Source: an uncultured virus (IMG/VR IMGVR_UViG_3300020183_004466) (taxonomy: Duplodnaviria > Heunggongvirae > Uroviricota > Caudoviricetes). Taken from it: DNA of 64,000 nt. This document shows positions 16,065 through 24,642 of this stretch, in pieces; positions within the stretch are counted from its first letter, which is position 1, and every line of letters starts with the position of its first letter. Position numbers and translations under genes: made by a program. Where the stretch lies: IMG/VR virus record IMGVR_UViG_3300020183_004466. One strand, 5' to 3'. The notes beneath the pieces were generated by a model that had not been told where the DNA came from, did no database searches, and worked only from the letters and a program-made list of their open reading frames with translations.

Positions 16065-18233
16065 ATGAAAAAAATCTTATCCTTTATAATTTTAATGATG
16101 TGTGGTTTTTATGGATTATCACAATGTAATAACTACCAGATTTATGAGAGCTTCACGGGTTCTTTACCAACACAAGGTGGTACGTGGACTGAAAACTCAA
16201 TGATAGTAGTTACCACACCAGTTAGAACTGGAACACACGCAATTGGTTTTAATGGTTCCGGTGATTGGATCAGAATACCCCAGATTGCCAATCCTGGAGT
16301 ACTTTCATTTTGGTACAGAAGAAGTTCAAACACAACCGCTTGGACTTTAAATATTCAGACATCGCCTGATGGAACTACATGGACAACTAGAGGTTCTGTA
16401 ACAGCACCTACAGCGACATACCAACAATATAGTTTAAATATTGGTTCGCTTGGTTTAACTAATGTTTTTATTAGATTGATAGACGCTAGAGCGTCTGGGA
16501 CACACCAACGTTATGTAGAAGATCTAAGTATTACATCGACATCTTCATCTGTAAATACTTTAATTCCAATATTAGGTGCATGTTCACAAACATTAACATC
16601 AACTTTAACATATTCACTATCTGATGACGGTGGCCCAGCAGGACCTATTTCAACAGGATATGGTAATAGCGTAGATAGAACAATCACATTAACACCGTCA
16701 GACAATACCAAGAAGCTGCAATTAAATTTTAGTCAATTGGATTTGGAAACGAGTTGGGATTACTTGTATATCTATGATGGTGCAAACACATCAGCTCCGT
16801 TGCTTGCAACCTTGAACGGTACAACAATACCAAGTGCAATAACCGCTGAAAATGCTTCTGGACAATTAACAATAAGATGGACTACCGATGGTTCAAATGT
16901 AGGTGCTTGGGGTGGATTTTTAGCAAGCATTACATCGGTAACTATATGTACGACACCAACAAACGGAGGAACATTATCTTCAACAAAAACCAATACGACG
17001 GTTAATGATGCAACAACACTTACAACTTCCGGAAATGGTGGAACTATAACTAAATTAGAATGGTCATATAATAACTTTACAAGTGTTGCGGGATCTATAT
17101 CAAGTCCCTCCAATCCATACACTTTTATGATGAACATACAACAATCACAGATTTATTTCAGAACAACATCAAAAGACGGTACATGCCCCTCAGGTAACTC
17201 AAACATTGTAACGGTCAACTTGAACAACGCAACACCATACTCTAGTTCTAGCGGAACTTATGGAATACAAGATGGCGATCATGTCACTAACGTAACTTTA
17301 GCAAACATAAACAATACCTCAACAAACGATGGAGATTCCTATCAAGATTTTAGATCTCAGATAATTGAAGTAGCCAAAGGAACACAATACACACTATCAG
17401 TTACCGCGACAAACACCTTCAATCCTGGTCAAGGGTATGCTGCGTGGATTGATTGGAATGGAGATGGTGTTTTTCAGACAACTGAAAATGTGTTACAATC
17501 TGCACCAGCAAATAGTGTTTCACAAAATATAACAGTACCAATAGATGCTATAACAGGTGATGTATTAATGCGAGTTTTATCCGTTTGGAATACAACACCA
17601 TCAACTAATGCTTACTCAACTACTGCTTATCGATGGGGTGAGATAGAAGAATATACCGTTAGAATATCAGTTGAATTACCAATTGAATTAGTTAGTTTTT
17701 CTTCTACCTGTATAGGAAGTGGTTCTCTCATAACATGGAAAACTTCCTCTGAGAACAACACCTCACATTTTACTTTGGAAAAATCTAAAGATGGATCAAA
17801 CTGGTACATAATAAATAATCAACAAGCTGCAGGTAATAGCAACAATCTAATTACCTATACATTTACTGACGAGGAAAAGAATAATGATATCAATTACTAC
17901 AGATTAAATCAATATGATATAGATGGAACATATGAAACATTCGGTCCCATTTCTAATAATTGCTTAGAGGAGTCATCAGGATATTTCTCTATATTTCCAA
18001 ACCCGAGTACAAATTCTTTTAGTGTCATAATAAATAATAGTTCTTTAATAGGGACTTGCTTTTTATACATTAGGGACGAAGGAGGAAGAATAGTATATGA
18101 TAAAAATATTGAAGTCACACAAGGAATAAATCTATATCTTATAGATAAATTAGATATATCACCCGGATTTTATTACATATCAGTAGTAAACTCTAAATAC
18201 ACGACTGGAATTTTAAAGCAGATAATTAAATAA
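16065..18233 (+). CDS. secreted T9SS type A cargo protein (CUB + GEVED domains)
   Basis: signal peptide MKKILSFIIL; CUB DLETSWDYLYIYDG; GEVED AWIDWNGDG..GEIEEY; LPIELVSF; CTD IFPNP...GFYYISV. Confidence 0.85.
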   Translation: MKKILSFIILMMCGFYGLSQCNNYQIYESFTGSLPTQGGTWTENSMIVVTTPVRTGTHAIGFNGSGDWIRIPQIANPGVLSFWYRRSSNTTAWTLNIQTSPDGTTWTTRGSVTAPTATYQQYSLNIGSLGLTNVFIRLIDARASGTHQRYVEDLSITSTSSSVNTLIPILGACSQTLTSTLTYSLSDDGGPAGPISTGYGNSVDRTITLTPSDNTKKLQLNFSQLDLETSWDYLYIYDGANTSAPLLATLNGTTIPSAITAENASGQLTIRWTTDGSNVGAWGGFLASITSVTICTTPTNGGTLSSTKTNTTVNDATTLTTSGNGGTITKLEWSYNNFTSVAGSISSPSNPYTFMMNIQQSQIYFRTTSKDGTCPSGNSNIVTVNLNNATPYSSSSGTYGIQDGDHVTNVTLANINNTSTNDGDSYQDFRSQIIEVAKGTQYTLSVTATNTFNPGQGYAAWIDWNGDGVFQTTENVLQSAPANSVSQNITVPIDAITGDVLMRVLSVWNTTPSTNAYSTTAYRWGEIEEYTVRISVELPIELVSFSSTCIGSGSLITWKTSSENNTSHFTLEKSKDGSNWYIINNQQAAGNSNNLITYTFTDEEKNNDINYYRLNQYDIDGTYETFGPISNNCLEESSGYFSIFPNPSTNSFSVIINNSSLIGTCFLYIRDEGGRIVYDKNIEVTQGINLYLIDKLDISPGFYYISVVNSKYTTGILKQIIK

Positions 18234-18269
18234 ATCATTTTTTTTATTAGCTCTAGTTATCTACATTTA
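18233..18269 (+). promoter_or_regulatory. early promoter
   Basis: AATCATTTTTTTT...CTACATTTA, 4 nt before ATG. Confidence 0.7.
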
Positions 18270-18273
18270 CGTT

Positions 18274-18633
18274 ATGGAAGATTTCGATAGAATCGATGGG
18301 ATAACTTATGTTGTACATTTCAAAAAGTACACACACGATATCTATATTGGAAGACCAAGTAAGTGGAGTAATCCATATACTCATAAAGATCTTGATAAGA
18401 CACAAGCAAAATTTCAAGTCTCCTCTAGAAAAGAAGCAATAGAGGGATATGAGAAGTATTTAAGGGAGAGCGGATTAATAAAGGATATAGATGAATTGAG
18501 AGGTAAGGTACTAGGATGTTGGTGCTGTAACAAGCCCGCAGATGGATCAGAAAAGACTTTCCTTTGTCATGGTCAAGTCTTAGCAAAATATCTCAATAGC
18601 GAGCTTAAAAACAAACAAAAACAATTAATATAA
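18274..18633 (+). CDS. DUF4326 family protein
   Basis: DIYIGRPSKWSNPY, ELRGKVLGCWC, CHGQVL. Confidence 0.85.
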   Translation: MEDFDRIDGITYVVHFKKYTHDIYIGRPSKWSNPYTHKDLDKTQAKFQVSSRKEAIEGYEKYLRESGLIKDIDELRGKVLGCWCCNKPADGSEKTFLCHGQVLAKYLNSELKNKQKQLI

Positions 18634-18875
18634 TGAGTAGATACGTTATACAATTAGAGGGAAACAGAGAATTCGTATATGGATATGACCACGCTCTAAA
18701 ATACTTCTACGAATTATGGGATAATACTCTAGGGGAGGAAGACCATGAATGTATTGTTGAGGATAAATCTTATCTTTTTAGTAAGCTTAAAAAAGAAGAA
18801 ATGTTGGAAATGATGACTAAATATAATGCTAACAAGGAGCATATATTTTTAATGGCCATGGATTTACCTTTTTAG
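18633..18875 (+). CDS. hypothetical protein
   Basis: TAATG-coupled ORF; YGYDH motif. Confidence 0.7.
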   Translation: MSRYVIQLEGNREFVYGYDHALKYFYELWDNTLGEEDHECIVEDKSYLFSKLKKEEMLEMMTKYNANKEHIFLMAMDLPF

Positions 18876-19253
18876 GAACTCGTACTCGTAATCAAAACCC
18901 CCAGATTCTGCACAAAGATGAGAACAAATAGCCCTTCCGAATATATGTAATAATTTTTTCAGAGAATCCTCATTGTTCTCGCCTAGAAATTTTCTAAGAT
19001 CAAGCTTAAATTGACATCTCATTAAAAACCCGTAGAGATCCTGGTAATTGGATTTTAGGTCATTCATTATTTGAACAAACATGCTATCCATGATATCATT
19101 AATATCATCCTCATCGAAATACAACTGTTCAGTATCCCATTTACTGTTTAATATGTTATAGAGAAGATCCGATCTATTATCTGCCTCTATTAACATCTTT
19201 AATACCTCAGGATCCTCCTCTGGATCAGTGGAAAATCTAAACTCGTATATCAT
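18864..19253 (-). CDS. hypothetical protein (paralog of 19250-19672)
   Basis: shared R..LLYNI....WD and FDYE. Confidence 0.75.
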   Translation of the reverse strand: MIYEFRFSTDPEEDPEVLKMLIEADNRSDLLYNILNSKWDTEQLYFDEDDINDIMDSMFVQIMNDLKSNYQDLYGFLMRCQFKLDLRKFLGENNEDSLKKLLHIFGRAICSHLCAESGGFDYEYEFLKR

Positions 19254-19672
19254 ATTTTGTCTATTTTGAATTTAAATTTATCAGTTCCTGCTGCTTCGTA
19301 ATCGAAATTTTCTACTATACAATCACAAAAAATTTTTAAGATGTCTTTTTCTTTGATCTCTGGATTATATTTTGATATTGATCCCCTTATATTAAGATCG
19401 TATTCGCAGAGCATTTCTAAATTATATACGAATTTATTATAACCATTTGGATCTTCTGGATAATAAGGAACATTATTACAGATTAGATCTAAAAAATTCC
19501 ATTTTATATCATCCCAATCTCCTTCATCAACTATGAAATATCCTCCCTGGTCCCAATTTTGAGAGATAATATTATAGAGGAGCTTAGTTCTTGATCCACC
19601 CACTATACCAAGCGTAAAAACTAATTCCCCCCTCCTTTTAGTAAAAAAATTTATCTCGTATTCTGTCGTCAT
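19250..19672 (-). CDS. hypothetical protein (paralog of 18864-19253)
   Basis: shared motifs, ATGA overlaps. Confidence 0.75.
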   Translation of the reverse strand: MTTEYEINFFTKRRGELVFTLGIVGGSRTKLLYNIISQNWDQGGYFIVDEGDWDDIKWNFLDLICNNVPYYPEDPNGYNKFVYNLEMLCEYDLNIRGSISKYNPEIKEKDILKIFCDCIVENFDYEAAGTDKFKFKIDKI

Positions 19673-20277
19673 CTTTTTATTAGGTATCCAGATAGATTGT
19701 TTGCTAGATCTATTATTTCAACCACTAGTTCTTCAGTCATTTCTATCTTATGCTTAACTGTGTGTAGCTGTATAAATCCAATAAGTTGTCCAGAAAGACT
19801 TCTTATTGGTGCGCTAAAGATCTGTAATATTCCTTCTTCAGTTACTCTTCCTCTTATATAGTCAAGAACCGGATCTCCAGCATCAATATAAAAGAATTCT
19901 TTCTCACTTAAATGTTTCATTAAGGATGGATGTTCCGTTACAAAAACCCCCTGGTTGTGTTCTTTAGACTTAGAAACTCCGTGTGAAACTGATTCAAAAG
20001 TCTGTGAATATTTTTTCATCGGAATACCGTGGAAAAATTTACCCCCGTTATGAAATTGAAATATACCAACTCTATCCACCTTCCATTTTTCTCTGAAATT
20101 ATCAAGAAATCCCTGAACTTCGAGCATTGAATCTATATCCTGTTGAGATATACTCTCGTAGTTTTCCTCGTCACTAGCTTTCTTTTTACTGTCGAGATAG
20201 TGTTTTAACCACACTGTACCAAAAGCCACCACTACGGAAAAAATTCCTGTTATTATTATCTGTGTTACCTCTATCAT
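19669..20277 (-). CDS. putative holin-like protein (N-terminal TM plus GAF-like domain, T4 T-type architecture)
   Basis: hydrophobic residues ~6-24; DRVGIFQFHNGG...E.V; PI....QLIGFI. Confidence 0.55.
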   Translation of the reverse strand: MIEVTQIIITGIFSVVVAFGTVWLKHYLDSKKKASDEENYESISQQDIDSMLEVQGFLDNFREKWKVDRVGIFQFHNGGKFFHGIPMKKYSQTFESVSHGVSKSKEHNQGVFVTEHPSLMKHLSEKEFFYIDAGDPVLDYIRGRVTEEGILQIFSAPIRSLSGQLIGFIQLHTVKHKIEMTEELVVEIIDLANNLSGYLIKR

Positions 20278-20297
20278 TGTTTAACCCCCTATCTTTA

Positions 20298-21011
20298 TTA
20301 GTTATCATCGCTTTCAAATCCACCGAATCTCTTAAGCATTGAAGCTCCTTTTGCTATGTCGCTTCCTTTTAAGCTAGGAGGAAGTGAAACTTGCTTATAA
20401 ACTTTAGGAGAACTTGAAATACTTCCTTCTCTAGGGTCAGAAGGAACTTCAACATCTTTAAAATGTCTAATTACACTAGGATCTTCGTCCATTTTTCTTT
20501 TTATAAGGTCCTTATAAGACTCATTATTATAGAGTTCTTCATTAGAAACTGGGAATCCTTGTTGTCTTATACAATACTTAATAAGAAAACTCATCTTATA
20601 AAGATAATCTTGTACTGTCATACAAGACCTAGTTAAATCAGTACTTAATCTAGGAAATTCTGCAGTGTTTCCAACTCCTTCTACTACTCTAACTCCGCCA
20701 TCATGCTTGATATTAAAATGAGGATATCCCTCTGGGGCATTTCCTGTGGCTCTTCTAGTTAATCTCATTCCCTTAAATACTGGGTGATAGAATGCAATGT
20801 TACCCATTCTATCCTTGTGACTTCTTTCTTCTTCAGTAGCAAAAGCTAATATACCAGCTGGATTATCCGCAAGTACCTCAATCCAACCCATTCCTATCAT
20901 GTCTGTATATGTTTCAGATTCTCTGATTGGTTTAAAACTTAGAACTGGACATTTCTTAGGTCTTCTTACTTCTTGTATTTTTCTGAAGTTCTTATAATTT
21001 TTAACTTTCAT
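20298..21011 (-). CDS. hypothetical protein with CTS-like N-terminus and KGASMLKRFG C-terminal tag
   Basis: MKVKNYKNF; GATATATA upstream (21029-21036); distant similarity to 37893-38903. Confidence 0.8.
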   Translation of the reverse strand: MKVKNYKNFRKIQEVRRPKKCPVLSFKPIRESETYTDMIGMGWIEVLADNPAGILAFATEEERSHKDRMGNIAFYHPVFKGMRLTRRATGNAPEGYPHFNIKHDGGVRVVEGVGNTAEFPRLSTDLTRSCMTVQDYLYKMSFLIKYCIRQQGFPVSNEELYNNESYKDLIKRKMDEDPSVIRHFKDVEVPSDPREGSISSSPKVYKQVSLPPSLKGSDIAKGASMLKRFGGFESDDN

Positions 21012-21104
21012 CTATTTTGGGTTTTTTATATATATCTTTTTTCTTCGCGGGACTTCGGGGTTTTATTTCTTGAAACTTTTTGGAAATATATCAATAAATA
21101 ATAT

Positions 21105-21178
21105 ATCCAGCAAAAGCTTTCGGGCTTTATGCTTCTCCATATCTCTCAAAACCGATTCTACGGAATCGGTTTTTTTAT
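21105..21178 (+). ncRNA. candidate small RNA (~70 nt)
   Basis: GAAACTT-N15-ATAAAT upstream; UUCG hairpin, C/U-rich linker, terminator AAAACCGATTC..GAATCGGTTTTTT. Confidence 0.35.
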
Positions 21179-21200
21179 ACAATTTTATTTGCTAATTTTG
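21164..21200 (+). promoter_or_regulatory. early promoter overlapping terminator
   Basis: AATCGGTTTTTT...CTAATTTTG, 37-bp span. Confidence 0.6.
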
Positions 21201-21210
21201 TTTAACTGTT

Positions 21211-22329
21211 ATGAAAAATAAAAAATACGATATAAAGGTTTTAGAAAAATACATAAGCGAGGGAAAAATAGAGAAAAATGACCATCCCACTCTTCCTATA
21301 TCCATTTATAATTACACTAGAGAGGTTCAGTACAACGGGGACTGGGACGAAATAACTCTTTCTATGAGAGGTACTGTCATAGACAGGGATGGATATGTAA
21401 TAGCTTCCGCTTTTGATAAATTTTTCAATTACGAAGAGGTTAAAGATAAATTGCCAGTTAGATCTGATTATGTCTACGTCCAAAAAAAGATAGACGGATC
21501 TCTAGGAATACTTTTCAATTATGGAGGAGAATGGCACTTAGCTACAAGAGGATCTTTTACCTCTGATCAATCTAAGAGGGGAATGGAGATATTAAAGGAA
21601 AAATATAAATTCTTTGAGCAGACATTCATAAGTCACATGACTTATATAGTAGAAATCATATATCCGGAGAATAAAATAGTTGTAGATTATAATAATGAGG
21701 AGAAAATAGTGTTTCTAAGCACTTCTGAAGGAGGATTAGAGAACCATTGGACCACTTCTCTATCCATTTTTGTAGGTAGCGGAATAAGATTAGAAGATAT
21801 AATTAAAACGGAACAGCATTTTGTATTCGGAAAAGAGCTTTATGATAGTTTAAAAGCTCAAAATCTCCATAATGAAGAGGGATTCGTTGTTATATTTCAG
21901 CCTTATTTCAGAATGAAGATAAAATTTGAGGATTATGTGAGGCTTCATCGATTAATAACCGGATTTTCCAATGTAGATATATGGGAAGCTTTAAAAGACG
22001 GGAAGGATATAGATGAGATTTTAGCAAATGTGCCTGATGAGTTTGATAAATGGGTTAGAGGAATCATAAGTGACCTTAAATATCACAAATATAGGGTGGA
22101 AGAAAGAGCAGGAAAGATACATGACTATTTTAGATATGGAAAATATGGGGATAGAGATCCTGAGCCAACTAAGAAACAATTTGTAGAACACCTAGATTTT
22201 TGCAAAACCGAAGCCCTAATAAGAGCTATATGCTTATCCATCTGGGACAGGAAGAATTATGATCGAATCATTTGGAAAATTTTGAAACCTAAATATCAAA
22301 AACCCTTCTGGCAAAAGGATGATTTGTAA
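21211..22329 (+). CDS. T4 Rnl1-like RNA ligase
   Basis: KFFNY, motif I KIDGSLG, ATRGSF, EEGFVV, RMKIK. Confidence 0.9.
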   Translation: MKNKKYDIKVLEKYISEGKIEKNDHPTLPISIYNYTREVQYNGDWDEITLSMRGTVIDRDGYVIASAFDKFFNYEEVKDKLPVRSDYVYVQKKIDGSLGILFNYGGEWHLATRGSFTSDQSKRGMEILKEKYKFFEQTFISHMTYIVEIIYPENKIVVDYNNEEKIVFLSTSEGGLENHWTTSLSIFVGSGIRLEDIIKTEQHFVFGKELYDSLKAQNLHNEEGFVVIFQPYFRMKIKFEDYVRLHRLITGFSNVDIWEALKDGKDIDEILANVPDEFDKWVRGIISDLKYHKYRVEERAGKIHDYFRYGKYGDRDPEPTKKQFVEHLDFCKTEALIRAICLSIWDRKNYDRIIWKILKPKYQKPFWQKDDL

Positions 22330-22361
22330 CTTATTATGTCCTTTTGGATATAATATTATGA

Positions 22362-23369
22362 ATGAGAAGAACGGTTTTTGAGATCTACAAGCAGGAATTT
22401 GATGATTATTTCAAAACCAAGTTGATTAGTCCAACTATATCTAAAAGATTCATTACATCATTCTACTTACATATAGAAGAAAACCAGAAATCATTTAAGA
22501 TTTTTTGGGAATTTATCAAGAAAAATAGAGAAAATCCTCTAAAAGAGTCCCTTCGTGACTTAAACAAACTCCTCACTTCTGATAAAAAGCTCTCTAAAAC
22601 ATTCTATTTTGTTTCAGACTGGGGTCATTCATATCTTGGGCCCGGTGAAATAATCTGTTTACTTCTTTCGAGCAACAGCTATACAGGGGGTAAAAGGAAT
22701 CCCGATATACTTTTCTTAGACTCTAGTGAAAAAATGGAGGTAAAATCATATGGAGAGAACTTTAGATTGACTGAAGCCACATCTTTTTTCACCGATTTGG
22801 GCACTATTATCCAGGCATTAGTACAAGGAGGATTTATTACAAGTTTAACAGATGTAAACAATAATGACATAAGGAAAGGACTAAGACATTTTTGTGAGAG
22901 CTTTCTTTGTCCTAGGGGGTACATCGAATTAAATAGCAACATTTGGAAGCTAGAGTCCAAGACTGATGATAGAATAATATTTAAGATCAGTCCAGAATCC
23001 CCTAAGGAATATATTAATTATTCGGTAGTAAGAAATTCCCTCAGAAACTGGCTAGGCAGAGGAATGCTAAGTGTAAAACTAGCATCCATAATTGATCCTA
23101 ACAGAACCACAAGAGTACAAAAAAGGGAATTAAATGATTATGTAAATAATATACTAGGTCTGGGGGATCTTTCACCCATCCCCCTAGAACAATACTTCAT
23201 ACTATGTTCACTAAGTTCCATTATAATATACGAGAGCAAGAACAAGGAAGAGCCATTTCAATACATAATATTCGAGGAATTAAACAAGTTTATCCTTGAC
23301 AGAATAGGCCAAGCCAAGGTTTCATACAAGAAGAAATCATCTATTAAGCCTAGGAGATCTAAAAAATAA
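22362..23369 (+). CDS. putative PD-(D/E)xK nuclease-fold protein
   Basis: GPGE...PDIL...MEVK. Confidence 0.5.
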   Translation: MRRTVFEIYKQEFDDYFKTKLISPTISKRFITSFYLHIEENQKSFKIFWEFIKKNRENPLKESLRDLNKLLTSDKKLSKTFYFVSDWGHSYLGPGEIICLLLSSNSYTGGKRNPDILFLDSSEKMEVKSYGENFRLTEATSFFTDLGTIIQALVQGGFITSLTDVNNNDIRKGLRHFCESFLCPRGYIELNSNIWKLESKTDDRIIFKISPESPKEYINYSVVRNSLRNWLGRGMLSVKLASIIDPNRTTRVQKRELNDYVNNILGLGDLSPIPLEQYFILCSLSSIIIYESKNKEEPFQYIIFEELNKFILDRIGQAKVSYKKKSSIKPRRSKK

Positions 23370-23504
23370 TGGGTCCTTATTATCATTTATTTCTTCAGAT
23401 TCGAGAAATCCATTGTAATTTGATTTAGTCGATATACGACTAGACGAATCTCTAGCAAGAAGCCAGTTTTTAAACGTTTTAATACGTCTTTTTTTCTTTG
23501 TCAT
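23337..23504 (-). CDS. small protein (55 aa) with CTS-like N-terminus
   Basis: manual translation MTKKKRRIKTFKNWLL...; GATATATA at 23512-23519. Confidence 0.55.
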   Translation of the reverse strand: MTKKKRRIKTFKNWLLARDSSSRISTKSNYNGFLESEEINDNKDPLFFRSPRLNR

Positions 23505-23551
23505 CCTAATCTATATATCAAACAAGTAAATCCTTTTAAAACGCGCTAAAT

Positions 23552-23579
23552 GAAACTTTTTGATAGTAAATGAGTATAA
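23552..23579 (+). promoter_or_regulatory. GAAACTT-N15-GTATAA promoter-like motif
   Basis: same spacing at 37863-37890 (-) and 47157-47184 (-). Confidence 0.55.
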
Positions 23580-23604
23580 ATTACATAATCATAAAAACAA
23601 AAAA

Positions 23605-23949
23605 ATGAGTACAAAAGCAAAGAAAACTGTTAAGGCCACTACCAAGTCTAAAACAGTAAAAGCTGTTGTTAAGACAGCTCCTAAAGCTACTAAGGCAGTG
23701 GCTTCTAAAACAAAAACTGTAAAGGTTGTTGCTAAAGCAACCCCAGTTAAAACTGTTTCTAAGAAAGCTAAAACTAGCAATAGAAACACCATCGCAGTTA
23801 TTCAACTTACTCCACGAGGAAGAAGAATCAGAAAGTACAACTCAATGTCTGATGCTGAAAGAGCAACAGGAGTTAACACAGGTTCAATCTCTAAAGTAGT
23901 TCGTGGAATCATGAAAACTGCAGGAGGATTTGTTTGGGCTAACGCCTAA
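23605..23949 (+). CDS. histone H1-like basic protein fused to NUMOD1-type HTH
   Basis: K/A/T/V-rich N-half; YNSMSDAERATGV..GSISKV.RG.MKTAGGFVW. Confidence 0.8.
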   Translation: MSTKAKKTVKATTKSKTVKAVVKTAPKATKAVASKTKTVKVVAKATPVKTVSKKAKTSNRNTIAVIQLTPRGRRIRKYNSMSDAERATGVNTGSISKVVRGIMKTAGGFVWANA

Positions 23950-23967
23950 TCAAACTCGATCAAACGG

Positions 23968-23993
23968 AAAAGACCCTTCTGGGTCTTTTTTTT
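23968..23993 (+). terminator. intrinsic terminator
   Basis: AAAAGACCC-TTCT-GGGTCTTTTTTTT. Confidence 0.8.
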
Positions 23994-24004
23994 GTGTTAT
24001 ATTA

Positions 24005-24041
24005 AATCTTTTTTTTTATTTAATTGATCAATCTACATTTG
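24005..24041 (+). promoter_or_regulatory. early promoter
   Basis: AATCTTTTTT...CTACATTTG, 4 nt before ATG. Confidence 0.7.
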
Positions 24042-24045
24042 AATT

Positions 24046-24642
24046 ATGAGAATAATATCGATTATATACACATTATTACTATCCATTACTACTTTTAGCC
24101 AAATCCCTGATAATTTATTAGTTTCAGACAAAGAAACATCGGAGTACCTACTAAGTCTTATAAATGAATATAGGGAAAAGAATGGGCTCGGTCAACTTAA
24201 AATAGATACAAGCTTAACTAGAGGATGTATTCATCACTGTGACTATTCTTCTCTTTATGATTCAGGAGGACACATAGAAGATAAACGAGATTCCTCGCAT
24301 CTTATAGAAAATTTAGTTTCTCCTGAATCCAGAATTAAAAAATTTGGTGCAAAAGTAGGAGGAATGATAGCTGAGAATTGTGTAAATATAGGCCCAATGG
24401 TATTTAAAGATTCTACACACCAAAAATATGGAGACATATGGGTAGATAAAATTAAAAATAATCAGATTGATCCAAAAATAGCAGCAGTCTGTGTTCTTAA
24501 CTATTGGATAGAATCTCCCGGACACAACAAAAATCTACTTAAAAAGGAGGCAACTTTCTGTGGAATATATCAGAAAATCTATATAAACAAAAAAGGTAGA
24601 TACAGAATAGCATCTACCTTTCTAATAACTAATAGAGATTAG
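24046..24642 (+). CDS. secreted CAP/SCP domain protein
   Basis: signal peptide; INEYR..NGL, AENC, W.ESPGHNKNLL. Confidence 0.85.
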   Translation: MRIISIIYTLLLSITTFSQIPDNLLVSDKETSEYLLSLINEYREKNGLGQLKIDTSLTRGCIHHCDYSSLYDSGGHIEDKRDSSHLIENLVSPESRIKKFGAKVGGMIAENCVNIGPMVFKDSTHQKYGDIWVDKIKNNQIDPKIAAVCVLNYWIESPGHNKNLLKKEATFCGIYQKIYINKKGRYRIASTFLITNRD

